In this document: positions 60,400 through 64,000 of the stretch, piece by piece | Layout: each line of letters starts with the position of its first letter | How positions within the stretch are numbered: the first letter of the stretch is position 1 | NCBI GenBank assembly: GCA_951406725.2 | Contig: OX597835.1 | Coordinates: forward strand, 17,298,001 to 17,362,000 | DNA length: 64,000 nt | DNA from: Octopus vulgaris | Taxonomy: Eukaryota | Reading direction: 5' to 3' | Notes under the pieces: model-generated | Database searches by the model: none | The model's input: the letters and a program-made list of their open reading frames with translations, nothing else | What the model was told of the DNA's origin: nothing | Made by a program: the position numbers and the translations under genes

Positions 60400-60735
60400 A
60401 AAGAGGAGAAGAGACAGATAGAGAGGGAGAAAGACAGAAATAGGGAGGGAGAGAGCGAGACGGAGAGACAGGGAGGGAGGGACAAAGATAGAGAGATATG
60501 AACAGGGAAAGAAAAAAGGGATGGAGAGAGAGAATGCGATAGAGAGGATGAGGGAGAGAGAGGATGAGAAACAGAGGAAGAGAGACAGAGGATGAAAGAT
60601 AAAGGATGAGAGACAGAGGATGAGAGAAAGGGAGGATGAGAAAGAGAGGATGAGAGAGAGATAGAGGATGAGAGATAGAGGATTAGAGAGAGAGAGAAAG
60701 GGGATGAGAGAAAGAGGGAGAGAGTGATGCGAAGA
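60400..60735. repeat. GA-rich purine tract with gaggatga repeats
   Basis: Direct inspection. Confidence 0.85.
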
Positions 60736-60797
60736 GAATGTTCTGTGATCGAAACCATTGTAGTGGTAAGTATTTATTATTTTATTCTTTCCTAAAA

Positions 60798-61158
60798 TTC
60801 TTTTTTATGTTTCAGTCATACGACTGCGGTCATACTGGAGCACCGCCTATAATCGAACAAATCGACCCCCAGGACTTATTCTTTTTGTAAGCCTAGTACT
60901 TTTTCTATCGGCATCTTTTGCCAGACCAGTAAGTTACGGTGAAGTAAACACACCAACACTGGTTGTCAAGCGATAGTGCGGGGACAAACACAGACTAACA
61001 AACATATATAGATATATATATATACGATAGGCTTCTTCAGTTTCCGTCTTCCAAATCCACTCACAAGGCTTTGGTCGGCCCAAGGCTATAGTAGAAGACA
61101 CTTGCTTGAATCATGTGGTTGGTTAGCTAGCAACTTACGACACAGCCACTCCTGCGCC
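60798..61158 (-). mobile_element. SINE family A, near full length with a deletion across the B box
   Basis: Collinear with 27550-27948 but jumps from gacacttgct directly to gaatcatgtggttgg. Confidence 0.92.
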
Positions 61159-61594
61159 TATTCATGGTTATAATAAAAAAAGTCTTCGTATCATTCATAT
61201 CAAAATACAGATTCTAAACATTCCTGATTTTTTGAGTTCGTCTTCTGCCACTTTACTTACAATTTTCCCAATTATTTTCCTTCAGTTCCGAGCTGTTCCT
61301 TGAGACACAGGTTCCATTTAGTCGTTAAGCAGGAGCGCTATTTCACACAGTTTCCGGCTTATATGACATGTCTCCTCGGATCGATACCTCACCTAGTCCT
61401 GTATGCTTTACCAAAGGACCAAGTCTTCGTATCCGACCTTATATCTGGAGCAATTAGCAGGTCCTCGCTCTCCCGGACAGTGCGAAGCTGAGACATTTCC
61501 ATACCTACGAGTAAGATTCCTGTACCCCCAAGACTCCTGGACTACCGAGCTGGAGTTTTACCACCTGATGTAGTTTATAGTAATGCCTAATGTT

Positions 61595-61790
61595 GCAGAA
61601 AAATAGTTCTTCAGGAGAGTGCTGAAAGTACCTTTATGTAGAGAGAATGGCAAAAATTGACGTCCTTAGAAGTACAAAAACCAATGGAAATCTTGTCAAT
61701 AATATTATGACAAGATTGATCAAGTTCATTGGACGACATATGAACGGATTCAAGCGTCGGTCATTCCATAACAATAGAGTAACAAAAGGG
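61595..61790 (+). mobile_element. Decayed RTE-clade LINE C-terminal fragment
   Basis: EK*FFRRVLKVP/YVERMAKIDVLRSTKTNGNLVNNIMTRLIKFIGRHM resembles RTE EMWFLRRMLKIxWxDKVTNEEVL...I.xRQLxFxGH. Confidence 0.65.
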
Positions 61791-61939
61791 AAGAAACTAT
61801 TAAGAAATATTGAGAGAGAGAGAGAGAGAGAGAGAGGTGGTGGTGGGATGAGTGCTACTTAACCACTAAATTCTTATTGATTTTCAACAACGTAGACATG
61901 GTGAGACGTGAAAGGAAATACCTCACCCACTCACAAAAT

Positions 61940-62013
61940 CAATGTCCCCACTCCGGTAATTGAACCGACGACTCTATGATCTTGAACCAAACGCTCCTAC
62001 CACTAAACCAGCG
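61940..62013 (-). mobile_element. tRNA-derived SINE head
   Basis: Minus strand tggtttagtggtagg (A box) and ggttcaattacc (B box); no cloverleaf acceptor stem. Confidence 0.5.
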
Positions 62014-62310
62014 TACATTCACACCCACATGCACACACACACACCCACACACGACACTCTCCAAGGTGTTATATATTATTTTGCTCTCAGAGGGCTTATA
62101 TATATATATTTATACACAGACAGATAATCTTGATTTGTGTCTGTATGTCAAACTCACAAACTTGTCATTAAATTTATATTTACAATCGCATATCCATTGA
62201 AGTGTGTATTTGTGTGTGTTTGTGCTTTCGTCTACTGGTGTGTTTGTAGATATACAAGGGTGTGCGTGTAATCATATACATATGTGTGTCTGCATGTATG
62301 TATGCATGTA

Positions 62311-62357
<47 letters not shown>

Positions 62358-62574
62358 TACATACATATATGTATATATATATATACACACATATATCATA
62401 TATATATACACACATATATATATATATATATATATATTCATATATATAAATATATATATGTATAAATGTATATGCATATACTCACTTATACATGCATACA
62501 TATATATATATGAATATGTGTGTGCGTACATATATATATATATATATATATATGTATAAATAAATAAATATATA

Positions 62575-62610
<36 letters not shown>

Positions 62611-63223
62611 TATGTAAATGCATATGCGTATGTAAGTATATAAATATGTTTATGTGTATATCAGTGGTACCTGTATGTATATGTATCTTTGTGGGCACTT
62701 CTCATATAGAGAAATTAATGTCAATCTGAAGAATTTCCGCACCAAAAGCTCTTCTTTAAATTGAGAAGAACCGAATTTAAAATTCCTTTCGATTTGGAGC
62801 ATCTATTTCTGACAGAATTTGCTATGAAACTCGTGGAATTCTACTTAAATCCAGGAAGATAAATAGTGATTAGTTTAGCCGAGAGGAATATAAAACAAAT
62901 CTATGGAAATCGACCGAACGTCCGTAAATGTCAGGATTGTTTAGCGAAACTCCCGGTGGGTTATTAAAGATAGAGAAACTGCACTGTTAGCGGTAGCCAT
63001 ATTGAATTCAACGTTCATCATTTTCTTTACTATGTTTTTCATTGTTTTTCAAAGATGACAGCGCAATTTTGAGAGGTGAAATATCTGTTAAAATTGTTAG
63101 TACTGCCAGAAGAGGAAACAACAACAACAACAACAAAAATATAAAATAAAAAAAGCAACAAATAACATATTAAACCAAAATGTTCGGCGTGCATATACGG
63201 ACACGCAGGTATATATATACAGC

Positions 63224-63276
<53 letters not shown>

Positions 63277-63555
63277 GATACCCATGTGTCTGTACACACG
63301 TTTGGTAAGCAAAAACGGACATAATACTCAATACTTAGTATGGAGTTCTGTGCGTATGTTCATCTAACATTTCATATACTACTTCACTTCTACCATAACA
63401 CTCACCTACACACACACATAAACACACACACGCGCCTACGGACACACGCACGCAGGCACAAATATATATAAATACATATATAAATACATATACACATATA
63501 TGAGTATATATATATGTAAATATATATATATATATTATATGTTTGTATATATATA

Positions 63556-63949
63556 CTGGCAGTATCGCCCGGCGTTGCTCGGGTTTGTAAGGGAAATAAC
63601 TATATAAGCATTTTTAGAGAGTTATAGCCAAAAATTAGCAAAAAAATGCATTAAAAATGGAAAAAACTGATGGTAAATTTTTTTAAAAATCGTTGACTCA
63701 TCGTAGACATTTTTAGAGAGTTACTTCCCTTATATAATAGCGAAGAAAATGCATTAAAATGGAAAAAATGATGGTAATTTTTTTTTTAAATCGTAGACTC
63801 ATCGTAGACGCGCGCTAATACCCAGAAGGGCTCGATATGAAACACGACTATAAGATACCCGGTTTTGGTTAAACTGCACCGCAAAATGTGGGAGTAGTTA
63901 GGAATCTAAATCGTAGGAGACAGACACACAACTTGACTTTTATAAATAA

Positions 63950-63952
<3 letters not shown>
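63556..63952 (-). mobile_element. Non-autonomous Helitron (same family as 3038-3542)
   Basis: Minus strand A|TC...cccgagcaacgccggg hairpin...CCAG|T; internal ~100-bp tandem duplication (catttttagagagtta...gactcatcgtagac twice). Confidence 0.88.
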
Positions 63953-63980
<28 letters not shown>

Positions 63981-64000
63981 CGCATATATCTATATATACA

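Noticed and set aside
61240-61570. Possible minus-strand RTE remnant
   Set aside because: Only faint similarity (LSFA..LVLW); insufficient to call.

Overview
Very AT-rich, microsatellite-saturated eukaryotic non-coding DNA. The repeat families resemble those I associate with coleoid cephalopod (Octopus-like) genomes; this is inferred, not verified. Almost all ORF-track entries are translations of simple repeats, and no complete protein-coding gene is visible. The window holds: (1) many tRNA-derived SINEs of at least three families; (2) two non-autonomous Helitrons; (3) decayed R4/Dong, CR1-group, RTE, Penelope-like and mariner fragments; (4) several local tandem duplications; (5) six long fold-back inverted repeats. 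Most noteworthy are an apparently intact type I hammerhead ribozyme (24906-24991), several minimal or variant hammerhead-like motifs in Penelope-type terminal repeats, and a cluster of candidate minus-strand terminal micro-exons (50354-55458). Two of those exons end independently in a class I PDZ-ligand-like '-SDV*'. A ~1.2-kb tandem duplication next to a ~1-kb (AT)n tract looks like an assembly artefact.
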